Assembly: GCA_965207885.1 (NCBI GenBank)
Contig: OZ242311.1
Span: forward strand, 3,904,001-3,968,000
Direction: 5' to 3'
Length of the DNA stretch: 64,000 nucleotides
Source of the DNA: Candidatus Latescibacterota bacterium
GTDB taxonomy: Bacteria > Latescibacterota > UBA2968
The position numbers and the translations under genes are program-made. Below, piece after piece: positions 49,843-60,256 of this stretch. Below the pieces are notes generated by a model. The model did not search any database. It worked only from the letters and a program-made list of their open reading frames with translations, and was not told the DNA's origin. Within the stretch, counting starts at the first letter, position 1; each line of letters begins with the position of its first letter.

Positions 49843-51486
49843 ATGAAAGCAATTCACAACCTGCAGCCAGACAGGGTATTTTACAATGGCAACCTGATCA
49901 CCATGGCCGATCACAAAGGGACTGCGGTTGCCGTGTTGAAAGGATCTATATGTGCTGTGGGATCTGATCAAGCGATTATCGGCCTTGCAGGATCCAACAC
50001 CGAACGCACCGACCTGGCGGGAAAAACTATGCTACCCGGGTTTTACGACACGCATGGACATTTCCCGAGCGCGGGATTCGTGGCTGTTTCTTCGGTGAAT
50101 TGCAATTCTCCGCCAATGGGACCCGTGGAAAAAATCGATGATATTATCCAGCTATTGGCAGAACGCGCCAAAGGAATACCAGAGGACCAGTGGGTATTGG
50201 GTAGAGGCTACGACGATACCCTGCTGGAAGAGAAACGGCACCCGACACGAGCAGATCTGGATCGGGCTTCGCAGAACCACCCGATTTGCATCGTCCACAC
50301 CTCGGGCCATTTTGCATCGGCAAACACATGTGCATTGGAGCGCGCCGGAGTCCATTCCGATACGCCCAATCCAACGGGTGGCGTGATTCGAAAAGACCTC
50401 ATCACGGGAGAGCCGGACGGTGTTTTGGAAGAGACCGCAATGCGCCCCGTGAGAAATTTGATTCCGCCATTGAACGAAGCCCAGTGGTTTGAGGGGTTGG
50501 AGATTGCAGTAAATGAATATGTCCGCGAAGGCGTAACCTCCGTAGTAATCGCTGGCTGTACTCGCCGCGACATTTCCCGACTGCAAACAGCCATTGACAG
50601 CGGCAAGCTACCCCTGCGCATGGTTTGCATGACCGGGAAAAGCAAGCCGGGTCAGCAGTCAATTCTGGAGACGAGTGGATTGAAAACGGGTTTTGGAACA
50701 GACCGCTTGCGGTTGGGCGCAGTAAAAATGTTTCAGGATGGATCAATCCAGGGCTATACGGGTTATCTGAGCAAACCCTATCACCAGCCATTTATGGGCG
50801 ATACCCAGTATTGTGGCTATCCGATGCGAAGCCGAGAAGCGCTGGTAGAGATGGTGGATGAAGCCCATCGGGCGGGCAAGCAGATTGCGATACACGGCAA
50901 TGGAGACGCGGCGATTGACGATATTTTATCTGCCTATGAACAGGCGCAACAAAAAATGCCCCGCACAGATACGCGGCACCGCATTGAACACTGTCAAACC
51001 GTTAGAGAAGATCAGCTCGATAAAATGCAGACACTGGGCGTGACACCCTCTTTCTTTGTTCAACACACCTACTACTGGGGCGACCGCCACGAAGCGATTT
51101 TCTTAGGACCAGAGCGCGCGCATCGAATCAGCCCATTGAAATCGGCGTCTGATCGAGGGATTCGCTTTACCATCCACAACGACTCGCCAGTAACGCCGAC
51201 CAAATCGCTATTTTCCGTCTGGTCCGCAGTGAACCGTCTCTCGCGCAGTGGACAGTGTATGGGCGATGCACAGCGCATTGATTTGGAACTGGCATTTCGG
51301 GCAATCACTATTGACGCCGCCTGGCAAAATTTTGAAGAAGATGCAAAAGGATCGATAGAGGTTGGCAAGCTGGCAGACTTCGTAGTTTTAGAATCAGATC
51401 CATTTGCAGGAGATGTGCTGGCTGTAAAGGACATTGCCGTAAGGGAAACAATTGTGGGAGGCAAAACAGTATATCGAAAAACGTGA
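49843..51486 (+). CDS. Amidohydrolase 3 (YtcJ-like)
   Basis: PGFYDTHGH, IHGNGD, RIEH, GSIEVGKLADF. Confidence 0.92.
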   Translation: MKAIHNLQPDRVFYNGNLITMADHKGTAVAVLKGSICAVGSDQAIIGLAGSNTERTDLAGKTMLPGFYDTHGHFPSAGFVAVSSVNCNSPPMGPVEKIDDIIQLLAERAKGIPEDQWVLGRGYDDTLLEEKRHPTRADLDRASQNHPICIVHTSGHFASANTCALERAGVHSDTPNPTGGVIRKDLITGEPDGVLEETAMRPVRNLIPPLNEAQWFEGLEIAVNEYVREGVTSVVIAGCTRRDISRLQTAIDSGKLPLRMVCMTGKSKPGQQSILETSGLKTGFGTDRLRLGAVKMFQDGSIQGYTGYLSKPYHQPFMGDTQYCGYPMRSREALVEMVDEAHRAGKQIAIHGNGDAAIDDILSAYEQAQQKMPRTDTRHRIEHCQTVREDQLDKMQTLGVTPSFFVQHTYYWGDRHEAIFLGPERAHRISPLKSASDRGIRFTIHNDSPVTPTKSLFSVWSAVNRLSRSGQCMGDAQRIDLELAFRAITIDAAWQNFEEDAKGSIEVGKLADFVVLESDPFAGDVLAVKDIAVRETIVGGKTVYRKT

Positions 51487-51506
51487 AGGTGGCTCCGGAC
51501 TAAAAG

Positions 51507-52265
51507 TCAAAACGCGATCGTCAAACCCATAGGTGCCGGCTCAAAAACCACGCTATCAAATAGATTCAGAACCCAAATCGCACCGAGCACACCGATCAGC
51601 ATATTCACCCGCTTTTCACTGGACTTGACCTCTCGATGACGCGCCTCCCACTCGGTATAGCGCGTCCCATCCTCATTTGTATATCGCTGGTTTACATGTT
51701 GAAATATATTCGTCTGATTGTAGTAATTGAGAGCACTCTGAAAATTCCGATACTGCATCCCCAGCACGACAGACGTACCAACCATTGCACCGAGAAATGC
51801 GTATCCCTTTTTCTTATACCCCCGGTAATACTGCCCCCATCCTGGAAAGACCAAAGACCGCATCGCAGCGGACAAGCGTTTGGTCTTCAGGCGACGTGCC
51901 GCCTCCTCACCGTGCAACAAAGCCCACCAGAATGCGCCCGGATCTGCATTTTCAAAATATCCCCGGTCCAATCGATTATTCAAAGCAAAAGCCTCTCGAA
52001 ATGCCCAATCAGCACGTAGAGAATCCCCCGCCGCGAGATAACAACAGCCCAGATCAAAAAACAGACGCGCGCGTGAATCTCGATTCATCGGCGTCAGCTT
52101 TGGCGAGAGTTGCGCCACACCCGGCACAGCCAACAAATACCCTATCGCACCTCCATAATCACCCTGTTTGTAGCGCACCTCAGCCTCTCGAACATAAAGC
52201 GGAACATCCTGAGCACCTGCAATACCAAAAGCACCGATAAGCGCAACAAAAACAAAAAATCTCAT
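51507..52265 (-). CDS. Exported TPR protein with DUF5683-like C-terminus
   Basis: Signal peptide, TPR-like helices, RSLVFPGWGQYY. Confidence 0.65.
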   Translation of the reverse strand: MRFFVFVALIGAFGIAGAQDVPLYVREAEVRYKQGDYGGAIGYLLAVPGVAQLSPKLTPMNRDSRARLFFDLGCCYLAAGDSLRADWAFREAFALNNRLDRGYFENADPGAFWWALLHGEEAARRLKTKRLSAAMRSLVFPGWGQYYRGYKKKGYAFLGAMVGTSVVLGMQYRNFQSALNYYNQTNIFQHVNQRYTNEDGTRYTEWEARHREVKSSEKRVNMLIGVLGAIWVLNLFDSVVFEPAPMGLTIAF

Positions 52266-52278
52266 CTCTTCTCCCCGA

Positions 52279-53832
52279 TTAATTCGGATCGGCCTGGACA
52301 AAAGGCACCAGAAACGGAGGTGCGCTTTTAAACTGAACAATGCGATTTTGTGCATCCCATACATACACACCGCCATCATGAGAGATAGCCAAACCAGCAG
52401 GATCTAAAACCAGATCATCCAGAACACGCCATCGCAATACAGGCTGTCCGTCAGCATTAAAAACCATAACTCGATCCCGAGTCAGTACAAATACAGCCCT
52501 GGGACCACTGCCAACCCATACGGAAAAAACACCATCGGGCAACACAACTTCTTCCCAAATAGGCTGTGACCCCATGTGGCTTGTATCCGTGCGAAATACC
52601 TCTCCCAATGTCGTCACCATCCAGATATCAGATCCCAAAACCGCAAGACTTCGAATCGCACCTTCAATACCCGTATCATAAGACCCACGTTCAATAATGG
52701 TATTTACATTAAATGAGAATGCCTTTAACCTCTGTCCAACACCCACCCAAATCGTGCCATCTCGCGCAATCGCCATCGCGGTAGGCAACTCAGAATCCGC
52801 AACGCGCCAGTCCTCGTATTGCCAGGGAATCTCAGAGATTCTCAACTGAGTTGACCGAAACGCAGAAAACTGCACCTCTCTGGTCTCTGATAAAATGCCG
52901 CTGAGCAATACAGAGGGAAGAACGCGGATTCCAGCAGAGACCGCGACAACTGAGAGAGATTCCAATCGCAACCCCGCGCGGTTGGGCACAGGCAGTACGC
53001 GCGGGTCACCCTCATATCCCGTATGATCGACCTCGCGTATGGAAATGGCATCGGATGTCGCGAGCAACGCCAGGGCGGGACTTGCAAAAGTAGTAGCGGA
53101 CGTCAAAGCCACAAACACATTCGGTGCCTCGACAATATTGAAATTGAGTCGCCGTTGATACGGGTATATAAACATCTCGCGACTATCGAGCACCACATCG
53201 CGGTCCATCGTATTCCGCAAGCGATACGTATATTTGCGGTTCCCCTCTATGAGCACATCGGTAAAACTCGAAACTGTGGGATCTTCAGACTGAAAAATCA
53301 CCTGCTCTGCCGCATCATCTACAGAACGCAACAACTCGTAGCGACGGGGAACACCTGCCGCCAAATGCCAGTTGACAGTCGCTGTACCCTCTTCGGGCAA
53401 AAATTGGATCGTTTCCAATATCGCCCCGGGAATCTGCACCGAGCCTATGGTTGCTCTTGCTGGTTTCTTTTCGGCGGTTTCCGTATGCAGGCTATAACGG
53501 TGTTGTTCACCAGCCTGGATATCAAAATGCGCTATTGGCATCATCTCCCACACATCCGCACGGCGGTTCACTTCCCGCGAAGGCGCAGGCAAATCACGCC
53601 AGGGAAATCTGCGCCAGCCATCGCGCTCACTGCGCCAAAAACGATAGCGCGCCACAGGTTCAATACCCAGATATTCCCATTCGAGTACAACCGCATTCTG
53701 CTCCCCGTCATATCTCAGATCAAAGGGGACCACAATCCGCGAATTAGCCGGATCAGTAGCGAGATCGCGCCTGGAATCACACCCGGCGAACAACAAAAGA
53801 CCTAATAAAAAATGTGTGACACTATTGCCCAT
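52279..53832 (-). CDS. Lipoprotein with FN3-like and beta-propeller-like regions
   Basis: Lipobox LFAGC; FTD..GNRKYTYRL; DPAGLAIS..VYVWD. Confidence 0.6.
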   Translation of the reverse strand: MGNSVTHFLLGLLLFAGCDSRRDLATDPANSRIVVPFDLRYDGEQNAVVLEWEYLGIEPVARYRFWRSERDGWRRFPWRDLPAPSREVNRRADVWEMMPIAHFDIQAGEQHRYSLHTETAEKKPARATIGSVQIPGAILETIQFLPEEGTATVNWHLAAGVPRRYELLRSVDDAAEQVIFQSEDPTVSSFTDVLIEGNRKYTYRLRNTMDRDVVLDSREMFIYPYQRRLNFNIVEAPNVFVALTSATTFASPALALLATSDAISIREVDHTGYEGDPRVLPVPNRAGLRLESLSVVAVSAGIRVLPSVLLSGILSETREVQFSAFRSTQLRISEIPWQYEDWRVADSELPTAMAIARDGTIWVGVGQRLKAFSFNVNTIIERGSYDTGIEGAIRSLAVLGSDIWMVTTLGEVFRTDTSHMGSQPIWEEVVLPDGVFSVWVGSGPRAVFVLTRDRVMVFNADGQPVLRWRVLDDLVLDPAGLAISHDGGVYVWDAQNRIVQFKSAPPFLVPFVQADPN

Positions 53833-56800
53833 ATCGAAACACAATCTCCTTTGAAACACGACGCTGTGCATTTAAATCTTCTACGATAATTTTCACCCGG
53901 TTGCGCCCCTGTTTCGCCTTTGTCAGATCGACAAACTGATAAACCTGCACGCTCGGCTGTGTATCCACCTGTTCAAACGACATCGACACTTCGGGATTGA
54001 CCTCCTGACCGGTCAGCAGCATTCGCAAACCCTCTACCTGTTCCAGAGCCGCAATCTGAATCGTAACGCGATAGCGCGTCTGCCCAAACTCGTCTGCCAT
54101 TAGATTATAAACCTCAAAATACAACCCCATCTCCTGCCCAATGAGAAACGCGCGCGTAGGCAAAGGCAACACCCGCAAATTCTTTCGGCGAAAAGAATCA
54201 TCTACATCCGTCTCATCAATCTGCGCGGCCAATACTGGATCGCTCATCTGCAATTCCGAATCGCCATAAGACTCAACCGCAAGAACCTGCTGCAACAAAC
54301 TAACGCGATTGGCACTGACATTCTCCGCCTTCACCGTCAAATGATACGTGCCGGGCGGCACGGACAAGGTCAACAAATCGGTCAGCATAGCATTCGAATC
54401 AGATAGCGTGTCTTTCCGCACAACCGTTCGACGCGTGCGAAACGCGCGGTTTGTAACCGAATCATAAAGCGCAATAGATAGTGTCAAATCGCCTCTACCG
54501 GTCTTCTCCACATCTATCGGCAAGCCATAGGCCACATCCACCCGCGTCATGAAATATCCCCCGCGCGCATCGGCCACATCAAAATAAAATTCCAACGCCC
54601 GCGTTTGCCACCACGGTCGATATTGCTCCGGCATCTCGCCTACAGCCTGCATATAAAACGTTTCCGGCGCATTTTCCTGAATCCTGGCAATGGACCGCAT
54701 CCCTATCGGCTGGCGCAGCGGAATCGGCGCAAAATTGAAATGCCCCGATCCCATCTCATCCGTAAATGTAATCTCCATCCCCCCGCCAACCGTCACATAC
54801 ACCCACGATTCCCAGGGCACGAGACTATTATCTTCCCCTGAGGTAACGGGCAAATAACCATCGCCCATCGTGTGAGAATCCGCGTCATTTCTTCCCATCA
54901 GATTAAACGAATCGGCAAACATCGCACGCGAACTCCGCACGGGAAACACCGTGCCCACAAGTGCGCCTCTGGGCGAACGCGTGTACAACTGCGCGTACAA
55001 CTCGTCTTTCACCCGCTGCACCGCAACACTCATTACTCCAGGCGCACGCCCAGACCGCGAGCGATAATCCGGCTCGCCATAGCGCAAATACACCTCACCT
55101 CGCCGATCTCATGGATACGCAGACCCTGCGAAATATTGCCGCGCCATCCACACCCGCTGATAGTGTTCTTGCAAACGCTCATTCACTTCTGTAGTCGGAT
55201 CCAGATCCTTTTGCATCCAGAACCGATCGATAAAATTTTGCTTCTCCCCCTTAGAAAGCGCATTGTAGGTCGCGCGTTGAGCATCTGACAAAATAGGGGT
55301 TGGATCAACGTGCAACGCCAGCGTCTGTGCATCAATCCGCTCCAAAAACCGATCCCAATACTCCGAAGCGCGCTCGTAATCCCCCGCCCGATAAGCCCAC
55401 TGTGCTGCAACGGGCAACAAATCAAGCGCCTCTGGATGGCGTTTCATGAATGGCAAAATCTGTCGCGCGATCGCCTGCTGATCCTCCATACGCAACAACA
55501 CAGCACCCAGCTTTGTCACCGCATCAACATCATCCGGTTCCAGAGACAAATAGTGCGTATAATATGCAGCGGCTGTTGTATTGTCCTGAGACAAAGCGTA
55601 AAAATCATCGCGCGCAAACCAGTCACCCAACAACTGATAGGGCGCGCTATACGTCGAATCAATCGCAATCGCTCGAGACGCCATATCCACGCACTGACTC
55701 GTACCGATATCAAAATACACCGACGCCATCTGATAATACAAATCTGCGCGCGTTGTATCCGCCTCTATAGCGCGATAAAAATACGAAATAGCGCGCTGTC
55801 GCAGGGCTGGACGTCGCGCATAAACCCGCCCCAAGCCCTCATAAGATAGCACCGCACTACCCTCAAAAGACTCTGCCTTTAAAAATGCCTCTTCAGCATC
55901 GCTCAAAAGCCCGCGCTCCAGCGCGACCATCCCCCGATTCACCCAGCCCGGTCCGTCTTGAGGTTCCGGTTGATTTGCCCAGGCATCTGTCTGAGTACCC
56001 GATTTAACCTTTGCCAATCCCGCGACCAGATCTGTGGCAATCGTCTGCGACAAGTCGTCAAACCGATCCTTGCGCCAGACGCGCCGACCATTGGCACTGC
56101 CCGCCCACAAAACACGCCCAGAAGACGTATCAATCAGCCGCAACGCAACCCCCACAGCATTGATCGCATTGTCCTTGCCCGTAGCCATCAAACTACCGCA
56201 TAAAACAGCATCTGCCCTATGCGCCAACAACATCCGCTCAGCAGCACTCAGGCGTGCACCTATGGGCTGTGACATATCCAACCTATCAAATAACCCATCA
56301 CCTATCATACCCTCTCTAATCAACCGCTCATACCCGCCCACCAGTGCTTTTTGCGAAGTGTGCAAAGGCGTGAATACCACCTGCAACGGCCATTCATCTG
56401 AACGCATCATCCTCCCGTGCCGATTGGCTTCCTGAAACCCGAGTTGCGACATTAAATTGCCCAGTGCAATCTCTCCTATATCGCGCTGGGCATAAATCCA
56501 CTGCCATTTGACATCATCTCGCGCCTTGCCCATCCAAATGGGTTCCCCAGTGTCCAAATCCACAATCCGCACATGCAATGTGCGCGTCCCGGCATCAGAA
56601 ACAAATCCGATCAACGCCCGATCTGCGCGAGCCGCTGTTTTCAACAAAAATAAATCATAATCTTTCAACGCCTGTTTTGTCTCCACCATCCCCTTCATCC
56701 TGAGCCGTGGAATCGTATCAGGCTCCACCAGTTCAAACCAGCGCCCCTGATAGGCGGGAATATCCCGATGGCGCATCAACTCATCCACCAATCGGTCAGC

Positions 56801-56959
56801 CATAAAAACCCCGTAATCGGGATCTTTCTCCGAAACCAACGGAAACACCGCCAGACGAGGAACCGCTTCACGCTGCGGCAACACTTCCTCACACTGCACC
56901 GCTGAGGAAAACACGAGCAATAAAATTGAAAAAATATGTCTCATTGTATTTTGCATCAT
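53822..56959 (-). pseudogene. GWxTD-domain/TPR protein interrupted by an in-frame TGA at 55109-55111
   Basis: ORFs 55109-56959 and 53822-55093 are in frame: FW.QKDLDPTTEVNER..AYP*DRRGEVYLRYGEPD. Confidence 0.75.
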
Positions 56960-57168
56960 GGCATCTCGGTCTTAAGTACTAATTGAAAAATTTTCAGTCT
57001 CTCGGGCACTCAATCCCTCTTAATGATGTTATGCGAAATAATTAGCATATAAGTTTCAAAAAAATAGCCAATTAAAAACTCGTTGTCAAGACCAGATCAA
57101 ATTGTTGGTGGATACCGCAAAAGGCGTTGGTGTTGCATTGAGCCGCGCTCTGATGTTTTGCAACCGCT

Positions 57169-58071
57169 TTAAGTAATTGTAATACGCCGCGGACCGATTG
57201 TCCTGCTCGCTGGTAAAACGGGCGCAGATGGAAAAGGTCTTGTGCGATCACTGAGTTCACAGAGCGCGCGAACGCGTTCCTCTGTGGGCGGATGTGTGCG
57301 AAGCCAGCGCGGACCGGTCTTGGCATCAGATGTATAAATAAACCGAAAACGGCGTTGCAAGCGGGAAAGGTAGCGGTTTGACTGTTCCAATTTGATCAGG
57401 GCATTGCCAAGGCCACCGGGATCGCCAGTGAGCATGGCAGCATCGCGATCCGCGAGAAATTCCCGCGTACGCATCAGGGTTGCATGCAGGAAGATAGCAC
57501 CATAAGGTGCGAGGCTGATGAGCAAGATCAAAGGGATCAGGTTGGTGCCAATGCTTAACCACGCGCTAGAGATGAAAAGCAGAAAGACTAGAATGCCAAA
57601 TAAAGTCGAGAGCAAAGATGTGGCTCGCACAAATAATCCCGCGGAAAGATTTAATAGACTATCGCGGTTTTTGAGATGTGCAAATTCGTGTGCGAGAACA
57701 CCTGCGATTTCACGCCTATCGAGCAATCTCAGCAGCCCGGAACTGAGAGCCACAACGCCATTGCCAATGCCGAGCGCAAAGGCATTAGGCATGTCCGAGG
57801 GATATATTGCCAGACTGGGCGTCAAAATATTTGCCCGCGCGGCAAGGGCTTTTGAAATGCGATGCAACTCTGGCATTTCCCATTCTGAAATCGGACGTGC
57901 GCGATGAAAGGAAAGGATCATCCGCGCAGATCCACTCAGAGAAAACAGGTTGAATATGAGACTACCAGCGATAATAAGCACAACGCCAGTCCAGCCAAAA
58001 AGGGAATAAGCCACGAGGGCAAACAGCCCCACGATACCTGCGAGTATTGCGAGGGATTGGAAGCGATACAT
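57169..58071 (-). CDS. htpX: HtpX-like M48 membrane zinc protease
   Basis: PNAFA, VLAHEFAH, RTREFLAD, THPPTEERV. Confidence 0.88.
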   Translation of the reverse strand: MYRFQSLAILAGIVGLFALVAYSLFGWTGVVLIIAGSLIFNLFSLSGSARMILSFHRARPISEWEMPELHRISKALAARANILTPSLAIYPSDMPNAFALGIGNGVVALSSGLLRLLDRREIAGVLAHEFAHLKNRDSLLNLSAGLFVRATSLLSTLFGILVFLLFISSAWLSIGTNLIPLILLISLAPYGAIFLHATLMRTREFLADRDAAMLTGDPGGLGNALIKLEQSNRYLSRLQRRFRFIYTSDAKTGPRWLRTHPPTEERVRALCELSDRTRPFPSAPVLPASRTIGPRRITIT

Positions 58072-58153
58072 TGGAATCTCCAGAGAGTGGTGAATATTCT
58101 GACCCGGCTCTTACCGAAGTGAGAGATCTAACGAGGTCACCACCCCACAATTA

Positions 58154-58198
58154 TGCAAATATCGTACCTGAAACACCAATGCGAATAAGATATTGATA
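58154..58198 (-). promoter_or_regulatory. Sigma54 -24/-12 promoter plus IHF site
   Basis: AGGTACG-ATAT-TTGCA (GG-N10-GC) at 58154-58169; TATCAA-TATC-TTA (WATCAA-N4-TTR) at 58186-58198. Confidence 0.6.
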
Positions 58199-58350
58199 AT
58201 TAAAATTTTATATTCTGAAGTATGAAAGAAAATACAGAGGCGAATGCCAAATTGACGGACCTAAATGGCAAGGGGTAAAAACGGCAGGACGAAATGTCGG
58301 GATTTTGTCTGTACAAAAAAAACGGCGGTGGATCTTATGTCCACTGCCGT

Positions 58351-60159
58351 TTAACGTTCGGGCGGAGACACCAGAGCCATACCCCGGGCATAAGCCCAAT
58401 GTCGAGCGGCTTTGGCGAGTTTGGGATTGCCAGACGCGAGCATCGCGCTGGCCATGCGCTCATTGCCTTCGTGCTCCAGAGCCTGAACAAGAGCAGAAGT
58501 TGCAAACGCAGAATACTCGCGAATAAAAAATGGGTGCGCCGCTGCAATAACATCCAGTTCGCGTTCTCGCAGAGCGCGTTTTAACACCTCGACAACCCGA
58601 TCACCACCTATCTCAGAAAGCTTTATAGCCGCCGCAACGCGTTCCACACCCTTGCCATTCTCAAATACCGAAATCCACGCGTCAATTTTCTCCTGTACAT
58701 CGCGCCTGTTGCGCCAATCTGGCTCAATATCCCGAAGTGCGCTCACCGCCATCTGCACATTCGCCCCCTTGCTCAACATTTCCACCAGCGCGGGCACCAC
58801 ACGCGCATCCCCCAATTTGACAAGTGCCCAAGCCGCAGACCAGCGCACAAAAACCGAACCATCATTTAATGCTTGCGCCAGAGCATCCGCTGCACGCATA
58901 TCGCCTATTTGTCCCAACGATTCTACAGCGGAGCTTCGGACATGTATCCCCGGATGATCCAGCAAGCGGATCAAAGCATCTACTCCTCGCTTGTCATTTA
59001 AGGCACCCAAAGCACGAGCAATTGACTCCATCAATTCCTCTCCAGACCGCCCCTGCAACTGCAAATGCATCTCCCGGTCCACGACTGAGATCAGCATATC
59101 AACCGCACTCGTATCGTGCAATGCACCCAATGCTCGCGCCGCTGCTCCGCGAACATACCTGTCTTCTCCCACAACTACATGCCTCAATACACCTGCCGCG
59201 CGCATATCTCTCATATTACCCAGCGACTGAATGGCTTGCCGACGCACATCGCGGTCTCGATCTTCTATTGCGACAAGCAATGCCTGCACTGCCCGTTGAT
59301 CTTTCAAATCGCCCAAAAAACGCGCAGCGACCTTTCGCTCATCGTCATTGCCCGCTGTCACCCTGCGACACCAGTACATCACCAGTTCTTCTGCCCAATC
59401 TTTCTCTCGCCAGTCGGGAACAACCGCATTGAGACCCTCCAGTGCGCGGAACCGAACGATTGCCTGCTTATCGCCCAACACATCATCGTGCATCAAATCG
59501 CGCCGAAATCTTCCCACAGCCACCTCGACCTCTGGCCGCGCACGCCAATTTTTATCAATCTGTGCCAGAGCAAATAAAACAGTCTGGCGCATCTCTTCAT
59601 CACCCAACAAATTTGCCAGAGGGCCAATCGCCCGGGGCGATCCAATACGTCCCAAAGCCACTGCTGAAACCCATCGCACCTGGGACCTGTCACTTTGCAT
59701 TTGCAAACACAGGACATCCACCGCAGTCGAATCCCCAATTTGACCCAGCGCATCTATCGCCGCCAGCCGCAATACAGGCACCTCCTCTTGCACAACAGCG
59801 ACCAATGCATCCACCGCCGTCGAATCCCCAATCTGACCCAGCGCATCTATCGCCGCCAATGCCAGAACAGCCCGCTTGTCCTGCAAAAAAGAAATGAGCA
59901 CCTCAGTCGCTCGCCTATCTTTCAGCATACCCAGCGCATCAATCGCCGCCAACCGCACCCGAGCTTTTTCATCTTCCAACGCCTGAATCAAATGCGGCAC
60001 AGCATCCAACTGACCACTCTCCCCCAACTTCTCAACCCCATAAACCCGCACATCGACATCCACATGGCGCGACTGACGCACATATTCATCAATACCCCGA
60101 GAGCAACCACCCAACAACAGTGCAAGAATTAGCCAAATATATAACTTTCTCTTTTCCAT
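58351..60159 (-). CDS. HEAT/PBS-lyase repeat lipoprotein
   Basis: Lipobox LLGGC; many VR.AA..ALG repeats; LAAIDALGQIGDSTAVD duplicated. Confidence 0.9.
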   Translation of the reverse strand: MEKRKLYIWLILALLLGGCSRGIDEYVRQSRHVDVDVRVYGVEKLGESGQLDAVPHLIQALEDEKARVRLAAIDALGMLKDRRATEVLISFLQDKRAVLALAAIDALGQIGDSTAVDALVAVVQEEVPVLRLAAIDALGQIGDSTAVDVLCLQMQSDRSQVRWVSAVALGRIGSPRAIGPLANLLGDEEMRQTVLFALAQIDKNWRARPEVEVAVGRFRRDLMHDDVLGDKQAIVRFRALEGLNAVVPDWREKDWAEELVMYWCRRVTAGNDDERKVAARFLGDLKDQRAVQALLVAIEDRDRDVRRQAIQSLGNMRDMRAAGVLRHVVVGEDRYVRGAAARALGALHDTSAVDMLISVVDREMHLQLQGRSGEELMESIARALGALNDKRGVDALIRLLDHPGIHVRSSAVESLGQIGDMRAADALAQALNDGSVFVRWSAAWALVKLGDARVVPALVEMLSKGANVQMAVSALRDIEPDWRNRRDVQEKIDAWISVFENGKGVERVAAAIKLSEIGGDRVVEVLKRALRERELDVIAAAHPFFIREYSAFATSALVQALEHEGNERMASAMLASGNPKLAKAARHWAYARGMALVSPPER

Positions 60160-60256
60160 CTATTATCCCCAATTCAGACCCCCCGAAATACGCATTCCGG
60201 GGGCATTTCTTTTGGACTATTTCGACACATTATTTCTATTTCACCAATGGAGCAAT

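Noticed and set aside
55109-55111. Selenocysteine or genetic code 4 reading of TGA
   Set aside because: The position corresponds to Trp rather than Cys, and many genes in the window end at TGA normally.
57072-57326. ORF ending FDLVLTTSF, like a beta-barrel C-terminus
   Set aside because: It mostly overlaps htpX out of frame, and there is too little evidence for a remnant.
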